This document shows, in pieces, positions 27,519 through 37,025 of a stretch of 64,000 bases of DNA. Source of the DNA: a virus (lineage: Duplodnaviria; Caudoviricetes); IMG/VR virus record IMGVR_UViG_2917070673_000003. One strand, given 5' to 3'. The translations under genes were made by a program, and so were the position numbers. Within the stretch, counting starts at the first letter, position 1; the number at the start of each line of letters is the position of its first letter. The notes beneath the pieces were generated by a model, which was given only the letters and a program-made list of their open reading frames with translations, ran no database searches and had not been told where the DNA came from.

Positions 27519-28315
27519 CAGAAACTCTCCCTACCGCGCTGCGATTCGCGCTTGATGTTCAATCGAGCCAGTAGTTGCGCTCGCGCAGCCGATCCGCTGC
27601 ATGGGATGGCCTGAATCTCCAGCAGGCGGGCCTGGCGCTGATTGGCGAACTCTTCGGCCAATTGCACTTCGGTCTTCTGACTGTCGTGGCCGATGCCGAT
27701 TGCGATGTCTTCCAGGGGCAGCCCCTGCATCAGGCGGCGAATGGTGATGTCGTAGGCCCGGTCAAACACCTCACTGGCCTTCTCCGGTATCAGGTCGCCC
27801 AGGTTGTGCATCTCGCACTGCAGAGCAGCATGGCGCACCGCAGGGTGTGACCAAGTGCGATCTCGGAAGCGGCTTGGGTGGGCGTTCACCAGAGCTTCGC
27901 GGAACGCCTTGTCGTGACTGGGGATACCCAGCATTTCCGGGGTGGGCAGGCACAGCTTGATGAACCTGCCGACGCTAGGCGCAAAGTCGGTGCCCAGGGC
28001 ACGGCAACGCTCAATACCGAAGCGGATCTGCTCAAGCGTGTTGATCTCTGCGACGATGAAGGCCTTGATCCAGCTGCGTTTGGCGGCGCTCAGGGCTACG
28101 TCCGTCGGCCATGCCTGCTTCCAGGCCGGGAAGATGGCCTGCAGCTCCTTAAACAGCGCGTTTACCACTCCAGCGGTGCCGGGCGATAAGGTCTGTGGGA
28201 TTACCGGAGCGGCTGGCGGCTGATAACCGGCAACTGCGGATCGCAGGTCCACGGTCGCGCCGGCAGACTTCATCAGCTGAGCAGCGCTTTGCGGCGGCTT
28301 TGGCTTATCGCTCAT
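27518..28315 (-). CDS. Replication protein P-like
   Basis: LFKELQAIFPAWKQA, KRSWIKAF, FAPSVGRFIKLC, WSHPAV. Confidence 0.85.
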   Translation of the reverse strand: MSDKPKPPQSAAQLMKSAGATVDLRSAVAGYQPPAAPVIPQTLSPGTAGVVNALFKELQAIFPAWKQAWPTDVALSAAKRSWIKAFIVAEINTLEQIRFGIERCRALGTDFAPSVGRFIKLCLPTPEMLGIPSHDKAFREALVNAHPSRFRDRTWSHPAVRHAALQCEMHNLGDLIPEKASEVFDRAYDITIRRLMQGLPLEDIAIGIGHDSQKTEVQLAEEFANQRQARLLEIQAIPCSGSAARAQLLARLNIKRESQRGRESF

Positions 28316-29205
28316 AGCACACCACCCAGGTCATCCGCCCAACTCAGGTCGTCGAAGTCTGGCCCATTGACCTGGCGGCGTACCGGCAGCCGGAGAACAT
28401 TGCTCGCCCGGTTTTTGTCATCCTTGACCCACTTGACCAGCAGAGAAACCCACTTGGATTGGGTTTGTAGGGTTCCGGCAGTTTCGTGGTGGGCAGTGAA
28501 CGGGGCCACGGCCTCCTGAGTGAACAGGTCGGTCGATACGCCGAAGTGCACGCAGTAGGTCTTCAGGAGATTGGCATCAGGCATCCAGTCCAGGGTCATC
28601 TCCACTGGAGCTTTTGGGTCGAAGGGTGTCTCCAAGCCAACTACCGAGGATTCCTCGGGCGTTGCTCCCGGCTCGACTGTCGGAATTTCCTCGCTCGCGT
28701 TGAGAGAGTGGTGTTGATCCCTTCCATTCCCTTCTACATCCCTTCCGGGGTCGAGCTCTCCGCGACCATTCGGCGACTCATCGGCGAGTCCTCCACTTCC
28801 ATTCGACGACTGCTCGACGACTTCTTGCTGTTCAGTAGGCACATCATCGTCGCCAGCAGCATCACTGTCGGCGTTTGGTTCGGGAGGCTTCGGATACTTG
28901 AAGGTCCTTTTTTCAATCTTCTGGTGCTTCCAGCCATTGACGTGAAGGTATTGCTTCCCGTCCACGGTGTAGCTCCGAATTAGGCCAGATCCTTCCAGCT
29001 CACCGAGCAGCTCGCTTACTGCCTCAGAGGTGATGTCGTCACCTGGAAACACCAGGGCCTTAATGGTCCGCGGTGCCAATGGGTGGTTGCCACCGTCGTC
29101 ACAGAAGTTCCATAAACCAATGAACAGCAGGCGAGCCAGGGGGCGGCTCTCCATCACCTGCTCACTCGACCAGAACTCGGGTTTGATTGTGCGGATTCTG
29201 GCCAT
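28312..29205 (-). CDS. Replication initiator (O-like)
   Basis: MARIRTIKPEFW, LFIGLWNFCDDGG, C-terminal FTAHHE..QSKWVSLLVKWV. Confidence 0.85.
   Translation of the reverse strand: MARIRTIKPEFWSSEQVMESRPLARLLFIGLWNFCDDGGNHPLAPRTIKALVFPGDDITSEAVSELLGELEGSGLIRSYTVDGKQYLHVNGWKHQKIEKRTFKYPKPPEPNADSDAAGDDDVPTEQQEVVEQSSNGSGGLADESPNGRGELDPGRDVEGNGRDQHHSLNASEEIPTVEPGATPEESSVVGLETPFDPKAPVEMTLDWMPDANLLKTYCVHFGVSTDLFTQEAVAPFTAHHETAGTLQTQSKWVSLLVKWVKDDKNRASNVLRLPVRRQVNGPDFDDLSWADDLGGVL
28769..28822. repeat. Candidate origin iterons (4 x TCGRCGAST) inside initiator gene
   Basis: Units at 28769, 28780, 28802, 28813 (11/22/11 bp spacing). Confidence 0.6.
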
Positions 29206-30008
29206 TACGCGGCCCTCAGTGCTTTGTCATGAGTGAACAAGCCGTCCCAGGTTTTCTTCATAGGCAGCTCACCGGCCAGGTACAGGTCGTACAGGCGCAC
29301 AGCGCCCTTCTTGAGCAAGACTGGTGTGAAGGAAATGAAGGCCTCTTTCCCGTGGGGAGTGACTTCGTGCTGGTGCTCGGTCATGTACTTGTCGCGAGCG
29401 TAGGAAGCCACGCGAAGGCGCAGGCCGGTCTTGCTCTCGTTGTAGAGCCAGTTCCGGCTCTCCAGGTACTTGCCCACCTGCATCACGTTGACCCCGTTGA
29501 GGCCCTTGCAGAATTGGGTGTGGGTCATACCTTCCTTGAACAGGTTTTCCAAGGAGTGGATCTTGGTGGCCTGGGCCTCGATCTGGATGGTCAACTGAAG
29601 CCGGGCCTGCTCGGCCTCAAAGGCAAGTTGGATCAGATCCATGCGGGAAAGCTCGCGTGGCTGGGCAATTGCGGCTTCCAGCTCACGCCAGCGGCGAACT
29701 ACGGCCAGGCGCATCTTGGCGCTGTAGCCGGTCAGCAGCGTGTCGGTCATCTCTCGGTCGAGGTTGAAGCACGGCAGGAAGCGCCCGGTGCTGTCCTTGT
29801 ACTGGGCTGAAAATTCAGCCGAGTCGATTTCAAGCTCAGCGAGCATCGAACGGATATCAGCCAGCACGTTCTTGTGCAGCTTCCCGGTCAGTTCGGCGAT
29901 CTCGACAGACGACATAGTCCGCGCCACGTTTTGCGAGTTCTGAAAACGTGGCGCGGTATTGGTAGGGGTATTGCTGGAATTGGGCTGGCTCTGCATAATC
30001 GGCCTCAT
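29205..30008 (-). CDS. rha: Rha family regulatory protein
   Basis: TMSSVEIAELTGKLHKNVLADIRSML, LTGYSAKMRLAVVRRWRELE. Confidence 0.88.
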   Translation of the reverse strand: MRPIMQSQPNSSNTPTNTAPRFQNSQNVARTMSSVEIAELTGKLHKNVLADIRSMLAELEIDSAEFSAQYKDSTGRFLPCFNLDREMTDTLLTGYSAKMRLAVVRRWRELEAAIAQPRELSRMDLIQLAFEAEQARLQLTIQIEAQATKIHSLENLFKEGMTHTQFCKGLNGVNVMQVGKYLESRNWLYNESKTGLRLRVASYARDKYMTEHQHEVTPHGKEAFISFTPVLLKKGAVRLYDLYLAGELPMKKTWDGLFTHDKALRAA

Positions 30009-30061
30009 CAGGTGTTAATGAATCAGCCGGGGCGCAATCCCGGCTTTTTTGTGCCTGGGAT

Positions 30062-30679
30062 TTAGGCAAGCTTCAAATTCGGTCGGTGTTTTGCGATCAG
30101 TGCTTCAGCCTTCCGGCCAAGCTCCCCCGCCCGCGCTTCAACCTGGCGGCATTGCTCGGCGAACGCCGGAAGATGCGGCAGGTCCTCTTCGCACATCACC
30201 TGGTCGTCAAATACTTCGCTGCCGGTATCGATCACGTCCCCCAGGGCACGGATCAACGCACCGAAGCTTTTGTTGGCGCATTGATCGCTCTGCATCTGGC
30301 GGGCGCCTGTCAGGCCGTGGCGACCGGCCAGCTCGTTGATGCAGTGGTCGCGATACTCTGGCTCAAGAGCATTCACCCAAGGCTCTTCCAGCCACGACGG
30401 CATTTCCTGATCACCCGAAAGCCAGCGCTGCACACGCTTCAGCCAGCGGCCGGTTGCCTTCACGAACTCCCCCACATCGTTCGTGCGCGCCAGCTCATTA
30501 AAGTCCGGGACCTTGGCCTGAATGATCTTGGCGGCGGGAACACGCAGGCAGATTTCACGACTCAGCGCTTGAGCGAAAGCGTCCTGACTCAGACTGGTAC
30601 GGGCGATCTGGTTTGCGGCATGCGCCACCAGCACCTGGTCACGGGTTTGCACGTTGTGTCTTGAACTGGACGTATTCAT
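30062..30679 (-). CDS. CII-like regulator
   Basis: Position downstream of cro; Pseudomonas phage CII-type sequence. Confidence 0.55.
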   Translation of the reverse strand: MNTSSSRHNVQTRDQVLVAHAANQIARTSLSQDAFAQALSREICLRVPAAKIIQAKVPDFNELARTNDVGEFVKATGRWLKRVQRWLSGDQEMPSWLEEPWVNALEPEYRDHCINELAGRHGLTGARQMQSDQCANKSFGALIRALGDVIDTGSEVFDDQVMCEEDLPHLPAFAEQCRQVEARAGELGRKAEALIAKHRPNLKLA

Positions 30680-30733
30680 GGAGACTGCTCTCTTCTAATC
30701 TGGACTTACTGAGGAGGTGGACGGGGCAGTCGC

Positions 30734-30955
30734 TCAAGCGACCATCTCGCCCCAGGGAAACGAAGGGCAAAGCTGCCCCCTCTTAACTTCGCCACCTGTA
30801 AGCGCCTCGATTTGAAGCGCCCTTGCTGCCGGAACGGGCCGATCTCCCGAACACCACTGGCTTACAGTCGGGGTTCGAACATCAAGACGGCTGGCCAGCG
30901 CTGTTTGGCTGCCCAAAATCCCGGCTGCCTTCCGAACCGCTTCTGCTGGTGTCAT
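30734..30955 (-). CDS. cro: Cro-like repressor (YdaS family)
   Basis: LGSQTALASRLDVRTPTVSQW..RPVP..IEALTGG.V; divergent from cI. Confidence 0.9.
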   Translation of the reverse strand: MTPAEAVRKAAGILGSQTALASRLDVRTPTVSQWCSGDRPVPAARALQIEALTGGEVKRGQLCPSFPWGEMVA

Positions 30956-30982
30956 GGGTTTTCTCCGGTTTGTCATGCGCCA

Positions 30983-31060
30983 AATATAAGGCATTAGCTA
31001 ATCACTAACAAGCCATTGCCTACTCGGCAACTGACTAGGCTTAATTAGGCAATGCTTACA
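30983..31060. promoter_or_regulatory. OR region: three 17-bp operators (30986, 31008, 31044) and PR (TTGTTA-17-TATATT, minus strand)
   Basis: Consensus ATTAGGCAWTGCCTAAT shared with OL sites. Confidence 0.7.
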
Positions 31061-31813
31061 GGAATAGAATTAGGCGCAGCCATCGAGCGAGCTCGGGTCG
31101 CCAAAGGCGTTACAAAGAAAAAGCTCGCCGAAGATTTCGGCGTGGCGGGCCCCTCTGTCCAAGGCTGGGTAAAGACGGGGCGAATCGACAAATCTAAGCT
31201 CATGGAGCTGATTGAGTATTTCTCAGATGTCGTTTCCCCTGCGCACTGGGGGCTGAGCGAGCGTATGGGGGATATTCTGAGCGTCGCTGAAGCTCCAGCC
31301 GCCTATGACTCTTCACCAAAGGCTAGCGTCAAGCTTTCCAACATCGAGACCTGGGACGACGCGACTCCCCTTCCCGACGACGAGGTCTACGTCCCCTTCC
31401 TGCGCGAAGTAGAGCTGGCAGCCGGCTCTGGCCGGTTTGTGATCGAAGAAAGCGATACCGCCAAGCTACGCTTCTTCAAGAGCGATCTGCGCCGCAACAA
31501 TGTGCAGTTCAGCAATGCCAAGTGCCTGATCGTCCGCGGCAACAGCATGTTCCCCGTGCTACGCGATGGCGCCACGGTCGGCGTGAACACTGGCAAGAAC
31601 TCGCTTGGCGATATCGTTGATGGCGACCTCTATGCGATCAACCACAACGGTCAGCTGCGCGTGAAGCAGGTCTATCGCCTGCCCACAGGCTTGCGCCTGC
31701 GTAGCTTCAACCGCGACGAACACCCGGATGAGGACTACACCTTCGCCGAAGCTCAGGAGCAACAAATTTCGATCCTGGGCCATGTGTTCTGGTGGGGAAT
31801 GTTTGCTCGCTGA
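31052..31813 (+). CDS. cI: CI repressor, HTH + S24 autopeptidase
   Basis: N-terminal HTH, ELAAGSG cleavage site, GNSM (Ser) and VKQV (Lys). Confidence 0.93.
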   Translation: MLTGIELGAAIERARVAKGVTKKKLAEDFGVAGPSVQGWVKTGRIDKSKLMELIEYFSDVVSPAHWGLSERMGDILSVAEAPAAYDSSPKASVKLSNIETWDDATPLPDDEVYVPFLREVELAAGSGRFVIEESDTAKLRFFKSDLRRNNVQFSNAKCLIVRGNSMFPVLRDGATVGVNTGKNSLGDIVDGDLYAINHNGQLRVKQVYRLPTGLRLRSFNRDEHPDEDYTFAEAQEQQISILGHVFWWGMFAR

Positions 31814-31850
31814 CAGACAATCGAAATCCAGAAAAAACGGAATGGACTCC

Positions 31851-32162
31851 ATGAAAAAGCTAGTAATCGCTGGATTAGTTGCTCTGATTGCAATTGCCAT
31901 CTACACCCAGATAACGATTTTCATCGTGCCGCCAATAGGTGCAGTACCCGAGGGGCGCACTTTGGTAATGCTCCGCCTGAACAAGACCAATTTCGTAGAC
32001 AGCCCAGACGCTATGTGCGAGCGCATCCAAGGTGGAGTGAGCTTGTTGTGTCGCGGGATGACTATGGCCGCGGTGGTTGAGAAAACCAAAATCATCGCTC
32101 GCCTCCCCTACTCGGATTGGCTTTATCTCGTTTCTACAGATGGCAAGCGGTACGAGCGATGA
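31851..32162 (+). CDS. Hypothetical membrane-anchored protein
   Basis: N-terminal TM segment, 103 aa. Confidence 0.65.
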   Translation: MKKLVIAGLVALIAIAIYTQITIFIVPPIGAVPEGRTLVMLRLNKTNFVDSPDAMCERIQGGVSLLCRGMTMAAVVEKTKIIARLPYSDWLYLVSTDGKRYER

Positions 32163-32195
32163 CCCAAACCCTTACGTAATCGAGGCGGATGAGTG

Positions 32196-32387
32196 ATGGA
32201 GCTTCTGGAGCTCATTGGCAACCTCTTCAGCGGGCTGAGCAATTACCAGTCCTATGAAAAGCCTCGCCGCGTCTTCACGCGTGGGTTTGTAGCTTTCTGT
32301 GTGATGGTTGTCGTGCTTGAGCTGATGACGTTGAGCCATTTCTATGGGCAACCTGGCTGGTGCTTGGGGCTGTGTAGAGAAATTTGA
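32196..32387 (+). CDS. Small hypothetical membrane protein
   Basis: One TM segment; weak RBS. Confidence 0.4.
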   Translation: MELLELIGNLFSGLSNYQSYEKPRRVFTRGFVAFCVMVVVLELMTLSHFYGQPGWCLGLCREI

Positions 32388-32592
32388 GCAATCACTTGGT
32401 TTGGTGGGGCGGGTTGTAGGCCGGCGCGGATGGGCAAGGCGCCAACGCTCTGATCAAGATCGCCCTCTCCTTCCAGGAAACAGAGGACAAGCTGGCGGGG
32501 TATGTGGAAGAGGTGAAGGTGGGGCGTACAGCGCGCTCAATATCAAAATAGGCTATGTGTAGCGATCTTAAAGCAACACCACAAGGAGGTAA

Positions 32593-33168
32593 GTGTTGAT
32601 CCCGCAATGGAATCATCAAGGGATAATTCCCCCAATTGATGAAAATGATCCGACGGCTCTAGAGCGAGCTCCATACACGGTGACCGTTGAGCAGGTTGTT
32701 GAGCGCTTTTCTACTACTCTTGAAAGGTGCGAGATTCTTGATGGCTTTCTCTCTCACCGAGCTGAAATGCACCGTATAGGCGTTGTTTCTGGTTTTCAGT
32801 GGCTGAACGGAAGCTTTATGGAGCACGTTGAGTTATTGGAAGGGAGGGCGCCAAACGACATGGATGTTGTTACTTTTGCGGAGATTCGACCAGAGGTAGA
32901 AGCCGCCCTATCGCCAGATGAAATCAAGGCGCTAACTGACAATCCCTGGATCAAGCAAACTTACAAGGTTGACTTCTACCTTCTCCCTCTGTCGGAACCT
33001 GCTGAATTTTTAGTCGAGATGTCAGCATACTGGTACAGTATGTGGTCTCACAGAAGGTCTCAGCAGTGGAAAGGCTTTTTGAGCGTCAGGCTCGAGCCGG
33101 ACCATGATGATAATGCCAGACGCCTTTTGGAGAATCGCAAGCGGGAGGTCCAGAATGAACAGAACTGA
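32593..33168 (+). CDS. DUF6932-like Pol-beta nucleotidyltransferase-fold protein
   Basis: IPQWNHQG, QWLNGSF..PNDMDVV, KVDFY; AGGAGG RBS. Confidence 0.75.
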   Translation: MLIPQWNHQGIIPPIDENDPTALERAPYTVTVEQVVERFSTTLERCEILDGFLSHRAEMHRIGVVSGFQWLNGSFMEHVELLEGRAPNDMDVVTFAEIRPEVEAALSPDEIKALTDNPWIKQTYKVDFYLLPLSEPAEFLVEMSAYWYSMWSHRRSQQWKGFLSVRLEPDHDDNARRLLENRKREVQNEQN

Positions 33169-34057
33169 ATTCACCCACGCGCAGGCTGAAATCAATTTCT
33201 TGGATCGCATGTCTCGCAAGTCTGGGCTAAGCAAGCTCGCACAACTATCGATGAACTCAAGAAAGGAGCAAGTAGAATCACGTCTGCTGGATCCTGGCCG
33301 AGGAGCATTTTCCCCAGCCAAAGCAGTAGTGACCTATCGAGGTGCTCCCGTTTGGGGTGTGCACGGTGTTGTCGCTGAGTTTGGCGCCATAGCAACTGCG
33401 AAATTCTCAGAAGCCATTGCTGCCGTAGCCGCGTCTATTGGTGGTGTTCTGAATGATTTTGGTCCTATACCGAACAAATCTCAGAATCAGATACTTATAA
33501 CCGGCACTGCTATCGGCTCTTTCGGCTTTGAGTTCGAAGAAGCGCCATCACTTGATGCGCAGCTACCTCTTGAGGGAACCACCTCCGTTTCGCAAGCATT
33601 TGAGTTGGTAGCTGAGTTGCTAGAGGCCTCCACCAAGAGTGATGAGGAACTATCCGAGCCAGCCTCTAGAGTAGGAACGCGAGCGATCGCAACAATTTCG
33701 GATTATCTCGAAAAACTGATTTCCTACGAAGCGTACTGCTCGGTGGCAACTCGTGACCACCTGTTCTCGTTTACGAGTGTTGACCAAGTCAGAATTAGCA
33801 GGTCCCGTCTCAGTCCTGAAAACATTGTAGAGAAAGACGTTGAATTTTCTGGTGAGTTCTTGGGTGCCTTCCCTGCAGAAAGAAGATTTGAATTCAAGAC
33901 CCAGGATGGGACGGTTATTCACGGGAGAATTGCCTCTGCCATTGAAGACCCGGCAGTTATCAATATGCATCTAAACAAAGCCTTTATCATCCAGGTAAGC
34001 GCTAGAACAGTCGGCAAGGGCAGGCCGCGATACACCATTTCCCAACTTCCTTGGTAA
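33155..34057 (+). CDS. Hypothetical protein coupled to DUF6932 gene, C-terminal OB-fold-like
   Basis: 14-nt overlap, GGAGG RBS; ITGTAIGSFGFEF; GEFLGAFPAERRFEF..IHGRI. Confidence 0.75.
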   Translation: MNRTEFTHAQAEINFLDRMSRKSGLSKLAQLSMNSRKEQVESRLLDPGRGAFSPAKAVVTYRGAPVWGVHGVVAEFGAIATAKFSEAIAAVAASIGGVLNDFGPIPNKSQNQILITGTAIGSFGFEFEEAPSLDAQLPLEGTTSVSQAFELVAELLEASTKSDEELSEPASRVGTRAIATISDYLEKLISYEAYCSVATRDHLFSFTSVDQVRISRSRLSPENIVEKDVEFSGEFLGAFPAERRFEFKTQDGTVIHGRIASAIEDPAVINMHLNKAFIIQVSARTVGKGRPRYTISQLPW

Positions 34058-34396
34058 TCAAGCCCGGCCCAGTGCCGGGCTTCTTGTATCTACCCTTCGT
34101 CGTGCCACCATTGAGCTGGCTATCCCGGCGATTGCAAATTGGCTGTGCTGAGGGATCTGCACCCCAGGTGTTGCAGGGAGCCTGCCCCGTGCGGGCTTTC
34201 TGCTTTTGCGACATCCTTTTCACCTGGCATTTACAGCGCCAGGGTCAAACTCCCCCTACTCCTTTGAAGAATTCCCTTTAGGCCCGCACATAAGCGGGCC
34301 ATTTTTTTGCCCAAGAAAGCCAAGGGCTCTATTCAAGCGAAAATGCCATATGCCGATACCTAATCGAATGAATAACATTTCGAGAATAGGACGCGT

Positions 34397-34990
34397 ATGA
34401 CCGCGCTCAAAAGGATGACTTGCGGAGCGACAACAGCTCTGTTGATGGTATTTGCCACGCTTGCAGTAGCGGCGCCAAAACTTGTGGAACTAGACGAGTC
34501 TGTCTGGATATGCGAGACGTACCAGGCTGCGGTTCGGATTGATAACTACCTCATGCCCGGCGTTTTGAAGTGGGACGATGAACAAGTCCAGGACTACGCT
34601 GAAGCGAATGGCTGTAGCCGCCTGCGGGTCGGCACACGGCTGCAGGTGCTCAATGCTGACACAATCCAGCGAGGCGATGTTCAAGTGAGGCTGGAGGGCG
34701 AACAGGAAGAAGGATTCATTTCTGAATACCCCTATGTACGGGCACCATTTCAGGAAAAATTGAGGGAAGAGACAGCGGCCTGCACCACCGTAGGGGCCTG
34801 GATCGATCGAATGGGGTTGAAGTTCTATACACCACGCCCCGGTGACATAAAACCTGGGCAGCACTGCATTTCCCTTCCCGAGGGCACCATCGTATTCAAG
34901 GAACCAAAGACTAAATTTGACAGATTCTACCGAGTCTACCTCGACGATAACGAAGGCACTCAGTACTGGTTCAGAATGCAAAAGAAATAA
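34397..34990 (+). CDS. Secreted hypothetical protein with two similar Cys-pair domains
   Basis: Signal peptide ending AVA-A; ICET..GCSRLRVGT and ACTT..HCISLPEGT. Confidence 0.65.
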   Translation: MTALKRMTCGATTALLMVFATLAVAAPKLVELDESVWICETYQAAVRIDNYLMPGVLKWDDEQVQDYAEANGCSRLRVGTRLQVLNADTIQRGDVQVRLEGEQEEGFISEYPYVRAPFQEKLREETAACTTVGAWIDRMGLKFYTPRPGDIKPGQHCISLPEGTIVFKEPKTKFDRFYRVYLDDNEGTQYWFRMQKK

Positions 34991-35239
34991 TGCCCGGCGC
35001 ATGCTGATTCTTTGCCCGGGTAAAAGCTCTGGCTTCGGACTGACGCACTACCTGAATTTATAGCCCGGCCCAGCACCGGGCTTTTTGCATCAACCTTTCT
35101 CACACAATCCCGCTCCGGACCTGCTGCAAAGCCGCCCTCCCCCGCCATGAAGCCAAAGCGAAACTCGGACTGACTAGGCATCATCCCTCTGCAGGCGGTG
35201 ATATCATCTCGACACCTTGATTTAGACGGAGCTTGATCA

Positions 35240-35623
35240 GTGTCTCTCATAAAAAAGCTTGGGGCTTTCCTGGTCCTGTTCATCATCTGTGGCTTCCTGG
35301 CAAGAGCATGGAGCGAACACAACGATTTTGAAACAACCAGCGAGAAGCTGGTCCGCCAGCTTGGCACCTCAATAGTCCTGAACCTTGGAAAGCTGAATAC
35401 ATCCTGCATGGCAAATGCACGAATAGACTCGGTATCCATTGATAGCGATTGGCTGCTAGCGAAAAAGGGTACAGCAACTCTTTACATCTCAGGAAAGAAT
35501 GGCGCCGCAGTCGCTATCTCCTACAAGGCAGAAACCTCGAATGGGAAGGTATTTTTGCAGCCACAAGACACGTCAACAGCTCCGCTTTCTGTCATTCAAT
35601 TCGGATTGAAAGGCTGCAGTTAA
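35240..35623 (+). CDS. Hypothetical exported/membrane-anchored protein
   Basis: N-terminal hydrophobic segment; followed by terminator. Confidence 0.6.
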   Translation: MSLIKKLGAFLVLFIICGFLARAWSEHNDFETTSEKLVRQLGTSIVLNLGKLNTSCMANARIDSVSIDSDWLLAKKGTATLYISGKNGAAVAISYKAETSNGKVFLQPQDTSTAPLSVIQFGLKGCS

Positions 35624-35640
35624 GAGTTTTCAGAAATACA

Positions 35641-35664
35641 AAGCCCGCCTAGCGCGGGCTTTTT
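35641..35664 (+). terminator. Terminator closing the cI-cargo transcript
   Basis: AAGCCCGC-ctagc-GCGGGCTTTTT. Confidence 0.75.
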
Positions 35665-35682
35665 CATGCCTAATCGAAAATA

Positions 35683-35726
35683 ATTAGGCATTACCTATTT
35701 ACATAAAATTAGCCTATGCCTAATAT
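35683..35726 (+). promoter_or_regulatory. OL operators (35683-35699, 35708-35724) and PL (TTTACA-17-TAATAT)
   Basis: 17-bp sites match OR consensus and overlap -35 and -10. Confidence 0.78.
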
Positions 35727-35755
35727 CACTCCCAAGCCAACGCGCCACCGGCCCA

Positions 35756-35784
35756 GCAGCGAAAGCCGCGCCGCTCTTTAACAA
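35756..35784 (+). promoter_or_regulatory. boxB-like GAAA hairpin followed by rrn-type boxA GCTCTTTAACA
   Basis: Exact boxA at 35773-35783 about 40 nt after PL. Confidence 0.7.
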
Positions 35785-36065
35785 CCTGCGCCATTAACGA
35801 TTACCCGGCGATTCGCTGGGAGGTCAGCCCCGGCCACACCTGTGGGGCGAGAGAAAGTCAGGTGAACAAAATCGCGCTGCCACTACTGGCGACCGGCGAT
35901 CCGATAGCCCCGAAAGGCTACCAACGCGCAGAACTGCGACGGCGGACGAGGTGTTGACCGAACTGGCGAATGACCCGGTAGGAGGCGCGAGCAACATGGA
36001 AAGCATCACTGAGCAGCCTTCTCGCGAGGGCTGCTTGGGATGACAACCACTTGGAAATAAATTGC

Positions 36066-36917
36066 ATGGCCAAGTCTTTCAAGCAAATGATCAAAGACGG
36101 GGATCTGAAGCGCGCTGACGCGATGAAGGCTCGCCTGGAAGATCTACACGAAGAACCCGGCTTCAACCTTCGGGCCGAAGGTGAAGAGCTGGAGGAAAGC
36201 ATCAGCGCACTGGCGGAATTCATCTTTGCCGGCGGCCAGATTCCCGCGCTTGAAGTACGACCTCGCGCTGAAGGTGGGATGTGGGTTGTCGACGGCCACC
36301 GCCGTCGCCGCGCCTACTTGAAGCTGGATCAGGCGGGGCGCCTTCCAAGAGTGCCGAGCAAGGAAGACCCAGAACGCCTGGAGGCCTGGATCTCGATCGT
36401 GCCCTTCGAGGGCAACGACGCCGAACGGGTAGCCAGGGTCATCACCAGTCAGGAAGGAAAGAAGCTCTCTCCTCTTGAGCTGGCAGACGGCTACAAGCGA
36501 CTCACCGCATTTGGCTGGACGCCCGATCAGATCGCCAGGAAGGTCGGCAAGACCCGCCAGCACGTCGAGCAGGTGATGACGCTCGGAAATGCCAATACCG
36601 ATGTTCTACAGCTGGTCGCTTCCGGCCAGGTGTCCGCTACAACGGCGGTGCAGGTGGTGCGCCAGCATGGCGAGGAGGCAGGCAAAGTGCTTGGTGGCGA
36701 GCTACAAAAGGCCAAGGCCACCGGCAAGTCAAAGGTAACCGCAGGATCGATGCGCGGCCCCACAACTTCCCGTCAACGGCTCGAAGCGATACGTGCAGCA
36801 GCACAGGAAATCTTCAAAGCATTGCCTGATGGCTGCCTGGATAGCTCAGGGCCAGAGATCAGCCTTCCCACAGCTCTGCTCCTCAAGCTCCAACGGGCGG
36901 TTAGCGAAGCAGCTTAG
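36066..36917 (+). CDS. ParB/Srx N-terminal domain + HTH protein
   Basis: EEPGFNLR, VVDGHRRRRA, NGKxLSPLE-like, IARKVGKTRQHVEQ. Confidence 0.8.
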   Translation: MAKSFKQMIKDGDLKRADAMKARLEDLHEEPGFNLRAEGEELEESISALAEFIFAGGQIPALEVRPRAEGGMWVVDGHRRRRAYLKLDQAGRLPRVPSKEDPERLEAWISIVPFEGNDAERVARVITSQEGKKLSPLELADGYKRLTAFGWTPDQIARKVGKTRQHVEQVMTLGNANTDVLQLVASGQVSATTAVQVVRQHGEEAGKVLGGELQKAKATGKSKVTAGSMRGPTTSRQRLEAIRAAAQEIFKALPDGCLDSSGPEISLPTALLLKLQRAVSEAA

Positions 36918-37025
36918 CAATTCAATTGCATCCCCCTGTTCTTCTGAACAACCAGCGCCGCGTCAGCCTGACGTTAACTGCCCGATCCTCTCTATGAGAG
37001 CGCATCGAGCAATCAACGAGCCAGA

